From the human T2T-CHM13v2.0 reference genome, Homo sapiens, in NCBI RefSeq assembly GCF_009914755.1, contig NC_060928.1: a stretch of DNA of 64,000 nt. The stretch is one strand, 5' to 3'. The notes under the pieces were generated by a model, which was not told the origin of the DNA, ran no database searches, and saw only the letters and a program-made list of their open reading frames with translations. Positions 1-17,215 of this stretch are shown here, piece after piece. Both the position numbers and the translations under genes were made by a program. Within the stretch, counting starts at the first letter, position 1; the number at the start of each line of letters is the position of its first letter.

Positions 1-667
1 GTATGAAACTAAAAATGTTGGCTATAATTGCATTTTGAAAAAATTAAGTGAACTAGATGCAAACTACTATAAAAAAATTCAGTTCATACTGCGGAATATT
101 CTATCCTAAGGTGGCCAGCATGCTATACATGGCTTTTAAAATTTGTGGGACCAAAGATTATACCTATAATATGTGTTTCCATTATAAAATCCAAATAAGG
201 AAAATAAAAAAGAACATAATTTAACAATCATTTAAGTAATCTAGAAGAGAGAGAATGGATATAGTCTAACCCCTAGAGAGATGAGTGTAAGTGGACTCAA
301 CCAGCCAAATCTGAAGATAGCCCACTAGTGAGGTGATTCAGGTTGTGATATAACAATGAGAGTGTTTCTGAAAAGGAATTGGGAGGGTATTCTGGTCAGA
401 GCTAGTGGAATATGTGAAGGCTTGGAGGGAAGAGAGGGTGAAACTTGCATGAAAGCTATCAAATATATTTTTCTGACTCAACTCAAAGAGCATGCAGGCT
501 CAAGGGTGAGACTTACCTATATTAAATAATAAATACAATCAAGTAGAATTTCAATTTGCAATGCTGATGGAGAGATGATACCACCAGAAGTTTTAGTTTA
601 ATGTAGTTCAGGGTGGAAGAAAGTGAATATCCTTGCAGGGTTCTGGAATGGGGGTGTAGATACAAGC

Positions 668-1043
668 CATTACAGTCTGAATGTTGGTGTCTCCCCAGAA
701 TTCATATGTTGAAATTCTCACCCCAAGGTGATGGTATTAGGAGTCGGAGGGTGGGGGGCGCCTTTTGGGAGGTGATTAGGTCATGAGAGTGGACTGCTCA
801 CGAATGGGATTAGCACCCTTATAAAAGAGGCCTGAGGGAGCTTGGCTGTCCCTTCCGCCATGTGAGGACCCAGAGAGAAGGCAGCATCTGTGAACCAGGA
901 ACCAAACACCTCACCAGACACCAAATCTGCCAGTGCCTTCATCATGAACTTCCCAGCCTCTAAAACTATGAAAAATAAATTTCTGTTTTTACAAGTTACC
1001 CAGTTTATGGTACTTCGTGAGAGCAACCCAAATGGACTAAGAA
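668..1043 (+). mobile_element. ERVL-MaLR solo LTR, MLT1A/MLT1A0-like
   Basis: MLT1A-type motifs: CAGAATTCATATGTTGAAAT, GGGAGGTGATTAGGTCATGAG, CCATGTGAGGAC, AATAAATTTCTGTT and a 3' end AATGGACTAAGA. Confidence 0.8.
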
Positions 1044-1985
1044 GCTAATATCATAGCGGCTCTATGAATTCTGGAACTGGCTTTGAATAAAGATAGAAAG
1101 AGGGAATGGGAATAGAGTCTCTCATATGAACTTTCAAGTTAATTCCTATGAGGTATTAAGGATAAAGAAAATAAATATTCTTGAGAAACACTACCACAAC
1201 CAGAACTAAAAAAAAAAAAAGAGAACATCTCCAATAAATAAAGCAGGTTAGGGCTTCACATAAAAGAGTTTAGAATTTTGTTTAAAACCATGTCTAAAAC
1301 TTCAGTATCTTCAATAATTTGGTTTAAAACAACATCTAAAACTTTAGTATTTTCAAGACATGATACTTTTTTAGTATCTTCAAGGCATGATTTTTTTAAG
1401 TCTCATGCAGACAGAAATTACAAACTGTAGCATGAGTAAACCTTACCTGGAGTGACTAACATCAACATAGCATCACTAAAATGATGAGTAGTAACGCATA
1501 ACCACATCCTCAAGACTCACCCATATCAGCATTTCCTAATGTGATTTAACTGCAGAATGCTTTAGGAATTATAAAATGTTGATAAAACACCAACCTAGAA
1601 GATATTATGCACATTTGATTAAGAAAGAGCAAAAAATAAATGCTTCCAGAAAATATCAAAATTGAATTCAGTTTGAGAAGAAATAAACATTGAATAGAAT
1701 CACAAATAAATTAAGTAGGAAAATGTTGTTATATTTTAGAGATATATAATGAACTACTTAGGGGTGAATGTCATGATGTCTATAATTTTTACAGTACTTC
1801 CACAGAAATATATACCTTTATGAAGCATATAAAGCAAACTGTGAACATTTTTTAATTCTTTCAAGCCCAAAGGGCAATTCATGAGGCAGCAAGTTGGAAC
1901 AAAGCTACGGAGCCCAGAGCAGAGCGGTGTGTACAAAAATGTCTGCAAAATGTCATTTCAAGCCATAGAAAGCAAGTGTAGATGT

Positions 1986-2390
1986 TATTAAGGGCTGAAT
2001 TATGTCCCCCAAAATTTATATATTGTATTCCTAACCCCCAGGACCTCAGAATGTGACCATATTTGGAAATAGGGCCTTTAAAGAGGTAACTGAGGTAAAA
2101 TGAGGCTATAAGTGGGCCCTATCCAATATGACTGGTGTCCTTCAAAGAAGAGGAGGTTAGGACGCAGACACTCACAGGATAGACATGCATGCTCACAGAG
2201 AAAAGACCATGTGAGGACACAGGAAGAAGACAACCATCTGCAAGGCACAGAGAAAGGCCTCAGAAGAAACCAAACTTGGGGACACCTTGGTCTCAGACTT
2301 CCAGCCTTCAGAACTGTGAGACAATCAATTTCTGTTGTTCAAGCCACCCAGTCTGGTATTTTGTTACAGCAGCCCTTGCATACTAATACA
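1986..2390 (+). mobile_element. ERVL-MaLR solo LTR, MLT1B-like
   Basis: GGGCTGAATTATGTCCCCCAAAATT start, CCTCAGAATGTGACCATATTTGGAAATAGGG, CCAATATGACTGGTGTCCTT and an ACTAATACA end. Confidence 0.8.
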
Positions 2391-2794
2391 GCCACCCTCC
2401 CGAATATATTCAGTCAGAAAGCTGTAGACAAAGGTCCTTGGGATACCATCTAATCTATCCATCATCCTTTAGGCAAGGCTACCTCTCAGTCTTCCAACTG
2501 AAGGACAAAAAGAATGCCTGAGAAGAACACTGGATATCCATGGAAGATGGCTGAGTTGCTGGAGATGGTACAATAAGAACACAATTCTGAAATCTTGATT
2601 CAAAATTCTCTACAGCACAAAACCCATCTATTTCAGAACTGTAGTCTTAAAGCCTTGGTTGACAATGATGAAAAAAATTGTAAGTCTTTGCTACAGAACA
2701 CACTCTTCATTAGACATTATTTAAACTTACATTACTGAAAATTACATTAAGAGCTGAAAGTCTCAATTATAGCCTTTCTAAAATTTTTAAAAAT

Positions 2795-3090
2795 ATTTTT
2801 ATTTTTTGAGACAGGGTCTTGCTCTGTTACCCAGGCTTGAGTGCAGTAGTGCAATCATGGCTCACTACAGCCCCAAACTCCTAAGCTTAAACAATCCTCC
2901 CTCCCAAGTAGCTGGGACCACAGGTACATGCCACCATACCCAGCTAATTTTTTAAACTTTTTATAGAGATAGGGTCTCCTTATGTTTCCCAGGCTAGTCT
3001 CCAACTCCTGGGCTCAAGAGATTCTCCCACCTTGGCCTCTCAAAGGCCTCTCATGCCTGGAATTACAGGCGTGAGCCACCAGGCCCGGCT
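2795..3090 (-). mobile_element. AluJ SINE
   Basis: T-tail, then GAGACAGGGTCTTGCTCTG, ATCATGGCTCACT, CTCCTGGGCTCAAG; ends GAGCCACCAGGCCCGGCT. Confidence 0.9.
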
Positions 3091-3344
3091 ATTATTGCTT
3101 TTTAAACTCAGAATTCAGCTAAGGTAATGAAAAACATCTTCAAATTTTAAAAATATAAATTAGAAATTAGAAAAAAAGCACTGCTTCAAGCTTTATCTCA
3201 CAACTTTACTGCTTTCTTTTTCACCGCCATATAAAAATATAATTAGAATTGCTTCCTAAGAAAATTTCTTTTCCAGAAGTTACCAAGAAGTCTTGAAAAA
3301 GTCTAATGTAGCACATGCTAACAATAGATGGTGTTGATTTTTCT

Positions 3345-4368
<1,024 letters not shown>

Positions 4369-4984
4369 TTTAGCAGAAAGAGTTATTCTCACTGATAAGC
4401 AATGTTTCTGCATGTTTTTTGCACTGTTTCTAATTACTAAGTTGTTTTCAATGTGTGTCAGAAAGAAGAATTTGCCTAAAGGCGAGGCTTGACACCCTTA
4501 GAACAATACCCTTCATCGCCCCTCCATGGCCTGTCCTCACTCTTCGTGACCTTTGCCCTCTCCCGGCCACCCATTCATTCCTGAGCCTCTCCTCTTTATT
4601 AGTGTTGCAGACATTACCCTTCCCTGACTCTTTCTCTGACGTTTCCATCTCTTTTTGATAAGCTTCTAGTCATTGCTTATCCTAACTGCATGCCTTGTAT
4701 GAGATTTGTCCTGGTCTCTTTGACCTTTTCTTTTTCAGATTCTGTCCCTAAATCAAATGCATCCAACTCCTGGCTGCAGTTACTAATTACTACACTCTCA
4801 TATTTCAAACCTGAAGTCTTCACCTAGGCCTACAGTGCCATATGCCATCAGATATCAGCCATCTCCACTGGAATGTTTTCAAACGGCTTCAAAATTGAAT
4901 TGCTCTCCTTCCCACATAAACCCCTTTTGCACTCCTTCCAAATCTGGCTTCCTTTCAAACTTCTTTTGCTGTCCATTTTTCTTA

Positions 4985-5128
4985 CCCAGCCACTTTTTTA
5001 CATATTGTCTATGATTCCTTTTGTGCTATGACAGCACAGTACAGTAGTTTTGACAAAGACTGGATGATATACAAAGACAAAAATATTTACTAGACAGTCC
5101 TTTACAGAAAATATTTTCTCACCTCCTA
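4985..5128 (+). mobile_element. MER58A-like hAT fragment within L2-derived sequence
   Basis: TATTGTCTATG...AAAATATTTACTA...CCTTTACAGAAAA resembles the 3' half of MER58A; L2-like 3' motif CCTAGCACAGTGCCTGG at about 5256. Confidence 0.6.
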
Positions 5129-5404
5129 TCTAGCAGACAACTCTATGCTAACATTTAGTAATTTGTTTTTAAGCAGTTCACACGTCTTTCCCCCATTAGA
5201 CTCTATGCTTCTTTAGAATAGGGTCAAGTCTTACTCTTTTTTTTTTATTTCTATACCTAGCACAGTGCCTGGTACACAGTATCTACTCAAGGAATTTTGA
5301 ACTATTTTGAACTCCCTCTAGGAAATTTTAGAGTCATCTTTTGACTCTTCTCACTATATCCCCTAGGTTCAACCTGCCCCCCTAAAAAAATTATTTGTTG
5401 CATT

Positions 5405-5899
5405 AGATCGTTTGCAAAAATGGCTGCAATAATTGCCTCTCTCTCTGTCCTTGTTTAGTGCCCTCCAATACTGTTTTTGGACTTCAACATGTTGCTTGCT
5501 TTGGCCAATGGAATAATGGCAAATAAGATGCATTCAGACATTTGAAGGGTATGTGAACACTGGAACTTGACCTCTCCTGCTGCATGTGGAACTCTGGTGC
5601 CACCAGGGGAAAGAGCCAAGCTAGCCTGCTGAATAATGAAAGATACATTGCCCCGTTACTCCCCTACGCTAGCCAAGAGCCAGAGAAATAAGTGAAGCCA
5701 TCAAATGCTAGCTGATTGCAAGTACATAAGGAAACCTCATTGCATGAATGAGCCCAGCTAAGACCAGCAAAAAACCACCTAGCTGAGCCTAGCCCAAATC
5801 ATTCACCCATAAAATCATGAGCTAATAAACCATTGCTGTTTTAAGCCAATATTTCTGGGGGTGTGGGGGGTTGTTATACAGCATAGGCTAGCTGCTACA
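5405..5899 (+). mobile_element. ERVL-MaLR LTR, MLT1F/G/H group
   Basis: TTGCTTTGGCCAATGGAAT, GCTGAGCCTAGCCCAAAT, TGCTGTTTTAAGCCA, GTTGTTATACAGCATAGGCTAGCTGCTACA. Confidence 0.65.
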
Positions 5900-6270
5900 T
5901 TGATCTTCTTCATTATAAACATCTTTAGGATTTGTACCTTAAACTTTACCCCAACCACTAAAGCAGTATGCATCATCACATTATCCTCACCCTTATGCTC
6001 CATATTAGAATAACTCACCAACTTATCTTTTTACCTCTAACTTCTTTTTTTTATTTTTTTATTATTATTATACTTTAAATTTTAGGGTACATGTGCACAA
6101 TGTGTAGGTTTGTTACATATGTATACATGTGCCATGTTGGTGTGCTGTACCCATTAACTCGTCATTTACATTAGGTATATCTGCTTATGCTATCCCTCCC
6201 CCCTCCCCCCACCCCACAACAGTCCCCGGTGTGTAATGTTCCCCTTCCTGTGTCCATGTGTTCTCATTGT

Positions 6271-9971
<3,701 letters not shown>

Positions 9972-10034
9972 TATGATGTTAGGTGGTTATTTTGCTCATT
10001 AATTAATGCAGTTTCTTCCTAGCCTTGACGGTCT

Positions 10035-11048
10035 TTACAATTTGGCATGTATTTGCAGTGGCTGGTACCGGTTGTTCCTTTCCATGTGTAGTGCTTCCTT
10101 CATGTGCTCTTTTAGGGCAGGCCTGGTGGTGACAAAATCTCTCGGCATTTGCTTGTCTGTAAAGGATTTTATTTCTCCTTCACTTATGAAGCTTAGTTTG
10201 GCTGGATATGAAATTCTGGGTTGAAAATTCTTTTCTTTAAGAATGTTGAATATTGGCCCCCACTCTCTTCTGACTTGTAGAGTTTCTGCCGAGAGATCAG
10301 CTGTTAGTCTGATGGGCTTCCCTTTGTGGGTAACCTGACCTTTCTCTCTGGCTGCCCTTAACATTTTTTCCTTCATTTCAACTTTGGTGAATCTGACAAT
10401 TATGTGTCTTGGAGTTGCTCTTCTCAGGAGTATCTTTGTGGTGTTCTCTGTATTTCCTGAATTTCAATGTTGTCCTGCCATGCTAGATTGGGGAAGTTCT
10501 CCTAGATAATATCCTGCAGAGTGTTTTCCAACTTGGTTCCATTCTCCCTGTCACTTTCAGGTACACCAATCAGACGTAGATTTGGTCTTTTCACATAGTC
10601 CCATATTTCTTGGAGGCTTTGTTCGTTTTTTTATTCTTTTTTCTCTAAACTTCTCTTCTCGCTTCATTTCACTCATTTTGTCTTCCATCAACTGATACCC
10701 TTTCTTCCAGTTGATCGCATCGGCTACTGAGGCTTCTGCATTCTTCACGTAGTTCTCGTGCCATGATTTTCATGTCCGTCAGGTCCTTTAAGGACTTCTC
10801 TGCATTGTTTATTCTAGTTAGCCATTCGTCTAATTTTTTTCAAGGTTTTTAAGTTCTTTGCCATTGGTTCGAACTTCCTCCTTTAGCTCAGAGTAGTTTG
10901 ATCTTCTGAAGCCTTCTTCTCTCAACTCATCAAAGTCATTCTCCATCCAGCTTTGTTCCGTTGCTTGTGAGGAGCTGCATTCCTTTGGAGGAGAAGAGGT
11001 GCTCTCATTTTTAGAGTTTCTGGTTTTTCTGTTCTGTTTTTTCCCCAT
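10035..11048 (-). pseudogene. Disrupted L1 ORF1p
   Basis: Pieces MGKKQNRKT..., MKREEKFREKR... and MKEKMLRAAREKG...QPLQIHAKL, separated by stops and frameshifts. Confidence 0.95.
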
Positions 11049-12304
11049 CTTTGTGGTTTTATCTACATTTGGTCTTTGATGATGGTGACGTACAGATGGG
11101 GTTTTGGTGTGGATGTCCTTTCTGTTTGTTAGTTTTCCTTCTAACAGTCAGGACCCTCAGCTGCAGGTCTGTTGGAGTTTGCTGGAGGTCCACTCCAGAC
11201 GCTGTTTGCCTGGGTATCAGCAGCGGTGGCTGCAGAACAGCGGATATTGGTGAACCGCAAATGCTGCTGCCTGATCATTCCTCTGGAAGTTTTGTCTCAG
11301 AGGGGTACCCAGCCATGTGAGGTGTCAGTCCGCCCCTGCTGGGGGGTGCCTCCCAGTTAGGCTACTCGGGGGTCAGGGACCCACTTGTGGAGGCAGTCTG
11401 CCCATTCTCAGATCTCAAGCTGCGTGCTGTGAGAACCACTACTCTCTTCAAAGCTGTCAGACAGGGACATTTAAGTCTGCAGAGGTTACTGCTGCCTTTT
11501 GTTTGTCTGTGCCCTCCCCCCAGAAGTGGAGCCTACAGAGGCAGGCAGGCCTCCTTGAGCTGTGGTAGGCTCCACCCAGTTCGAGCTTCCTGGCCACTTT
11601 GTTTACCTACTCAAGCCTCGGCAATGGCGGGCGTCCCTCCCCCAGCCTCACTGCCGCCTTGCAGTTTGATCTCAGACTGCTGTGCTTGCAATGAGCGAGG
11701 CTCTATGGGCTTAGGACCCTCCAAAGCCATGCACGGGATATAATCTCCTGGTGTGCCGTTTGTTAAGCCCATTGGCAAAGCACAGTATTAGGGTGGGAGT
11801 GACCCGATTTTCCATTGGGTCACTTCTTTCTTTGACTAGGAAAGGGAATTCCCTGACCCCTTGTGCTTCCCGGGTGAGGCGATGCCTTGCCCTGCTTCGG
11901 CTCACGCATGGTGCGCTGCACCCACTGTCCTGCACCCACTGTCCAGCACTCCCCAGTGAGATGAACCCAGTGCCTCAATTGGAAATGCAGAAATCACCTG
12001 TCTTCTGTGTCGCTCATGCTGGGAGCTGTAGACTGCAGCTGTTCCTATTCGGCCATCTTGGCTCCACCCTTACCTCTAACTTCTATTCAGGTGTATAAAA
12101 CACTTCTGCCAAATTAATCATCCTAAAACTTTTCTTTCACCACATCCTGATCAATGATAAGCAATGGTATTTTATTTTCTAAATATAAAGTCAATTTTAT
12201 ATCCTAAATGCCTATTTTTATATTCAAAACATTTACTTTGATCTTAAAACCATTGTAAGAGAACTGCCATGAGAAATAAACCGTAAAATCACAAATCATG
12301 AAAA

Positions 12305-12460
12305 TGCTTTTAGTTCATTTAATCTTACAAATTCCCCTTACATGTGATGAAACTGAGACTCAAAAAGTCAAAGGAACTTGCCAGAGATTACACAGCTACT
12401 TAACAGTAGGAGTGAACTAGAATTTGAATTCCCTAATTTTCATTCTAGTTCTCTTTTAAT
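12305..12460 (-). mobile_element. MIR SINE
   Basis: MIR core GATGAAACTGAGACTCAAAAAGTCAAAGGAACTTGCCAGAGATTACACAGCTA. Confidence 0.7.
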
Positions 12461-12699
12461 TGTGATATGCTATAAACACTTATAAAAAAAACTTTTTCTT
12501 ACTGAATGGACTCCTACATTAGAAGACCAGATTCTCCATTACTTTAAAAGTTATAGCCACAGACAGTGTTCATTTGGAACAGGGGCTTCTCACCATGATG
12601 GTGAGAAGTTTTATCTTCAGTCTCACCTCCGAATCCTGTTAGCTGTTATCTCGTATTTAGAGCTTACCATTTTCTAAGGTGAATCAATCATTCCTTCTT

Positions 12700-13250
12700 T
12701 GAAGACAGCAACTGCCACTCAAAACTAGCAATCCTAGAGGAATAACCTACACATAATATACAAACGTACCACTGTATATTCTTTTACAGTAAGAAATATA
12801 CAGAGTTGTTCATTAAAACCATGTTTATAAAAGGAAAAAACTGTAAAGAACCTAAACATCCATGAGCAGGGGATAGATTAAACAAATTATGGTACATCTA
12901 TAATACAAAGTACTGTTTAATAGAATTATGTATCTGTGAAATAAAAAAATTGCTAAGATATATAGTTATATAGAAAAGCAATTCACATACTGCATTACAT
13001 AAGATATAATATTATCCCATTTATGTAAAATAAGCAAACAAAAAAGTGAAAAAGTATATGTGTATATGTGTGTAGGTATAAAGATGTGTGTATGTATATT
13101 TCTAAATTAGTAGAAGAAGGATTGGAAGAATAAGCGCTAAATGGTTAAAAGCTACAACCTGAAGAGAGGGGGGTAAAATCAAAGAATATGATGGGGAAGC
13201 CCTTTTATGTTTTACTTTATATATTTCTGTATTTTTTAGGCTTTTTAAGA
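12700..13250 (+). mobile_element. Old L1M (L1ME-like) 3' fragment
   Basis: Degenerate CTAGCAATCC, AACCTAAACATCCATGAGCAGGGGATAGATTAAACAAATTATGGTACATC. Confidence 0.6.
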
Positions 13251-13460
13251 GACAATATCTTTATATACTACTGTATCGTTTGAAGTGACAATATATCTAT
13301 GCACTACCTGTAAAATTTTTTTGGTGAGACAAGAATTCACTACTGCTACCACCACCATCACCCAAGAGGAAGCACAAAGAACATTATAAATGGCTTTTTG
13401 TTTTTCTTAGTGATGTTGTCTATCTGCAAGCTAGCCCACTAATATTTGATCCTTACTATT

Positions 13461-13678
13461 AGGGGTCATCAAACTACAGTACATGGATCAAACTCAGCCA
13501 GTCATCTGTTTTTTATAAATAAAGTATTATTGAAACATAGCCACGGTCATTTGTTTGCGTATTTTCTATTGCTGCTTTTGAGTACAAAGGCAATGTTCGG
13601 TCATTGCAACAGAGACCATATGGCCCTCAAAGCCAAAAATACTTAACATCCAGTCCTTTCCAAAAAACATTTGCCAAT
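13461..13678 (+). mobile_element. MER58A hAT-Charlie MITE
   Basis: AGGGGTCATCAAACTAC...AAATAAAGTATTATTGAAACATAGCCAC...CAGAGACCATATGGCCC...TTTGCCAA. Confidence 0.8.
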
Positions 13679-14563
13679 ATAACTCCAGAACAATGACAAA
13701 GACAAGTTTAATAGGCTCTCTAGGGCTCAGACTCATGAATGACCCCACTCTGGTCATGCTGTAATCAATTTAACAGCCACAGATACTATCAATAACAGCA
13801 AAATACACATCAAAGAGTTGGATATTTTTTTGCCTGGAGACTTTTCTTTCCCTTCACTTATACTTATTTTTTGTGTCTACATAATTTTCTTAATGTATTT
13901 AATTGGATTTCATTTTCTCTATGTCTAGACAAAACCTCTCTTATCTTTTCTATTAATTGAAATGGAGCAATTAATTTTATAATAAAGCCTTTCTGCTAGC
14001 CACAGATACTACTTTATGTTTTATTTCCAAAGAAAAAGAATGTAAGCTGTCTGTAGATTTTTAAGTTTCTTGCTGCTCAAAGATTTACTGCCATCACAGC
14101 AGGAAGATTTTGAAGCTTCAAAAGAGCAAGAATTACAATATATGCCTACAAAATGAAGGAAAATGAGATTTCCACTCTTTGGTTAACATGGACTAATGCA
14201 GATGGAATTAACAGATGAAGTTTCCTGGGAGCATAATAAAAGATAGCAAAGAGGCAGCAGTTAAGTGGCATGGGAAAAGAGACTAATGGCAAATGTAGGT
14301 AGGAGTCAATTAAATATGATACAATGGAAAATTTACTGCAACTGGAGACAACACAATAACTTTCCATGATGTTTTGTTAGTGGACTATTAGAGTACTTGC
14401 CAGATATTAGGAACCTTAATTACTAAGCAACCATTGCCATCACTGGGAAACTTAATCCACTTACACTCTGTCCCTCTCCATAATATGAGGGAGTTGGTAT
14501 AGATGATTGCTAAGGTTCATTCCAGCCCAAAAACATCATTTCCACCTGTCTGCTACTTAGTAA

Positions 14564-14942
14564 ATGTTTTAGTCCATTTGGCTGCTATAACAAAATACAT
14601 GAGACTAGGCAATTCATAAAGAACTGAAATTTACTTCTCACAGTTCTGGAGGCTGAGAAATCCAAGAGGGAGGGCTTGCTCTCTGTGTCCAAGATGATGC
14701 CTTGTTGCTGCATCTTCCTGGAGGAGATGAATGCTCTGTCCTCACATGGCAGAAGGGATGGAGGGGCTAAAAAGGGCTGTGGCTAGTTGACTCTGACCTC
14801 TTTTAGAAGAATACTAATCCATTCATTAAAGTAGAGCCCTCGTGACCAAATCACTTCCCAAAATACCTCACCTTTTAATGCCACCACAGTTGGGATTAGG
14901 TTTCAACATGAATTTTGTAGGGGACACATTCAAACCATGGCA
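14564..14942 (-). mobile_element. ERVL-MaLR solo LTR (MSTC/MSTD-like) inserted in a MIR
   Basis: TGTTTTAGTCCATTTGGCTGCTATAACAAAATAC...CCTCACATGGCAGAAGG...CAACATGAATTTTG...CAAACCATGGCA; + strand MIR sequence resumes at 14943-15125. Confidence 0.8.
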
Positions 14943-15332
14943 CTAAGTTTATAACCTTGGGCAAGTCAACTAACCTTTTTAGGCTTCAGTTTTCTTTTCT
15001 GTAAACTGGGAGTCAAAACAGTAATTTGTAGTACTGTTGTATGAATTACATGAGATAACACATACAAAGCGCTCAACACCATGTTTGCATGTGGTAAATG
15101 TAAAAACAGTGTTTATTATTATTATTTTAAAGGGATCATTCTACTGGCATTGTTATGTTTTGGCAACTATCCAGATGAGGAAAAGGCCTTCTAACTAAAT
15201 AATTCTGTCTGTAGAAGAAATATGGCCATAGGGAACATTCCCACTAAAAGTTCAAAAGCAAATTCAATAAACCCACATGCATATAAGCAATCAGAAACAT
15301 TGAAATAAATTTACGAATAGAAGCAAAATTGG

Positions 15333-16350
15333 TGTCTTAGTCAGTTGCCATAACAAAATACCTTATACCAGGCAATTTAAACAACAGAAGTTTATTTTCT
15401 CACAATTCTGGAATCTGGAAGCCCACAATCAGGGTGCCAGCAAGGACTGGTTCTGTTCAGGGGTCTCTTTCTGCTGCCTTCTCACTGGATCCTCACATAG
15501 CAGAGGAAGAGAAAGCAAGCCTTCTGGTGTATCTTCTTATGAGGGCACTAATCCCATCATGACGGCCCCATTTTCACGACCTCATCTAACGCTAATTGCC
15601 TTCAAAAGGCTCTATTTCCAAACAGCATCACAATGGAGGCTTGGGCTTCAACATATGAATTTGGGAGGATACAAAAATAACATTCATTTTTGTTATTTTT
15701 GGCCCCTCACAATTCATGTCCTTCTCACCTGCAAAATGCATTCATTCCACCCCAGCAGCCCCAAAGTTTTAACTCATTTCAGCTTCAACTCTAAAGTGGA
15801 AGGTCCAAAGTCTTTAAAAATCATCTAAATCACATATGGGAGAGGTTCAAGGTACAATTCGTGCTGAAGCAAAATTTCTCTGTGTGTGTGTGCCTATGAA
15901 ACCACGCAATTACATACTTCCAAAATACAGTGGTGGACAGGCAGAGGATAGACATTCTCATTCCAAAAGGGAGAAATCAGAAGATAGGAAGGAGTGATAG
16001 CTCCCAAGCAAATTCAAAACCTAGCAGGGAAAATCCCACCAGATCTTAAGACTGGAGAATAATCCTCTTTAGTTCCATACTCTGCCTTTCAGGCATGTTG
16101 GGATGAAAATGTCACCCTGTTGCTCTGTGGGGCAACCCTGCTCCTGAGGCACTGGAAGGTGCCATCCTGGCCTGCTGAAACCAAGAGGCAATCCCACCCT
16201 TTGAAAGTGAGATGGAAACAGCCTTGATCCCAGGCCCATGGGTGGAGTGGCAGCCCTGATGATCTCTGAATCACCTTTGGGGCCATTCTTCCCTTTCCTT
16301 AAAGAATAACCCATGCACGTTTGCAGCTGAATAGCCCTATGGTCCTGCCT
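15333..16350 (-). mobile_element. MLT1A-type LTR (15333-15682) plus adjacent MaLR internal sequence
   Basis: LTR TGTCTTAGTCAGTTGCCATAACAAAATACC...CAACATATGAATTTGGG, then internal-type CATGTCCTTCTCAC, CCCCAAAGTTTTAACTCATTTCAGC, CATTCCAAAAGGGAGAAAT. Confidence 0.75.
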
Positions 16351-17215
16351 ATGTCTCCCTTTGGAATGAGAATATCTGTCTTATGCCTGTCCACCACTGT
16401 ATTTCATTGTACTTTTCACTTTTTTTTTAACTCATGTCATGTTAACAATGAAACCACATTTCTCAAAACATATCTCCATCATTAAGACACATGTGCCTTG
16501 TTTGTTTGTGCCTTGGTAGTTAAAAGTATGTTATATCTCCCCCTAAAAGAATCTCTAAGATATAAGACCATTCTTCTATATATCCAAAATAACATTTTCA
16601 CATTTAATACAATTAATAATTCCTTAATAGCATCTAGCACCTAGTCTAAATCCAAGTATTCTCAGCTGCCTCCACAAAAAAAATGAGCTTTATAGTTGCT
16701 TTAGCCAAACCAGGATCCAATCCAGAACATCACAACTGGATGTTGCGTTCCTTTAAATCTCTTTCAACCTAGAAAAAGATAATCATCTTTTCATTGCTTG
16801 GCTTGTTGAATAGACAGGTTAATTGCCCTGTAAAATGTTGTAACTTCCAGATTTGTTTATTTGCATCCTCATGGTATTTGTTTACCTTGTTCATCTATTC
16901 CCATCTTTGTTGGAAACTGGAAGTTACAGCTGAAGACCTGATTATATTCAACTGAAACATTTTTAAATGGATGGAATATATGATCAGTGGACACTTACTA
17001 TCTGGTTACCCTATCATTAGTAATACTAAGATTGATTGATTTCTCAGCTCTCCAATGGGGCCACCAGCAATTTAAAAAAAACTTTGGGCTACTTGATATA
17101 TTAAATATATTTTAATGGGATAACCTGGTCTAAACCACCATGTGCAACATTGTTGCAATGCATAAGCACTTTAGAATCTCCAGCAGCAGCTCATCTATAG
17201 ACTAATTTTGGAGTA

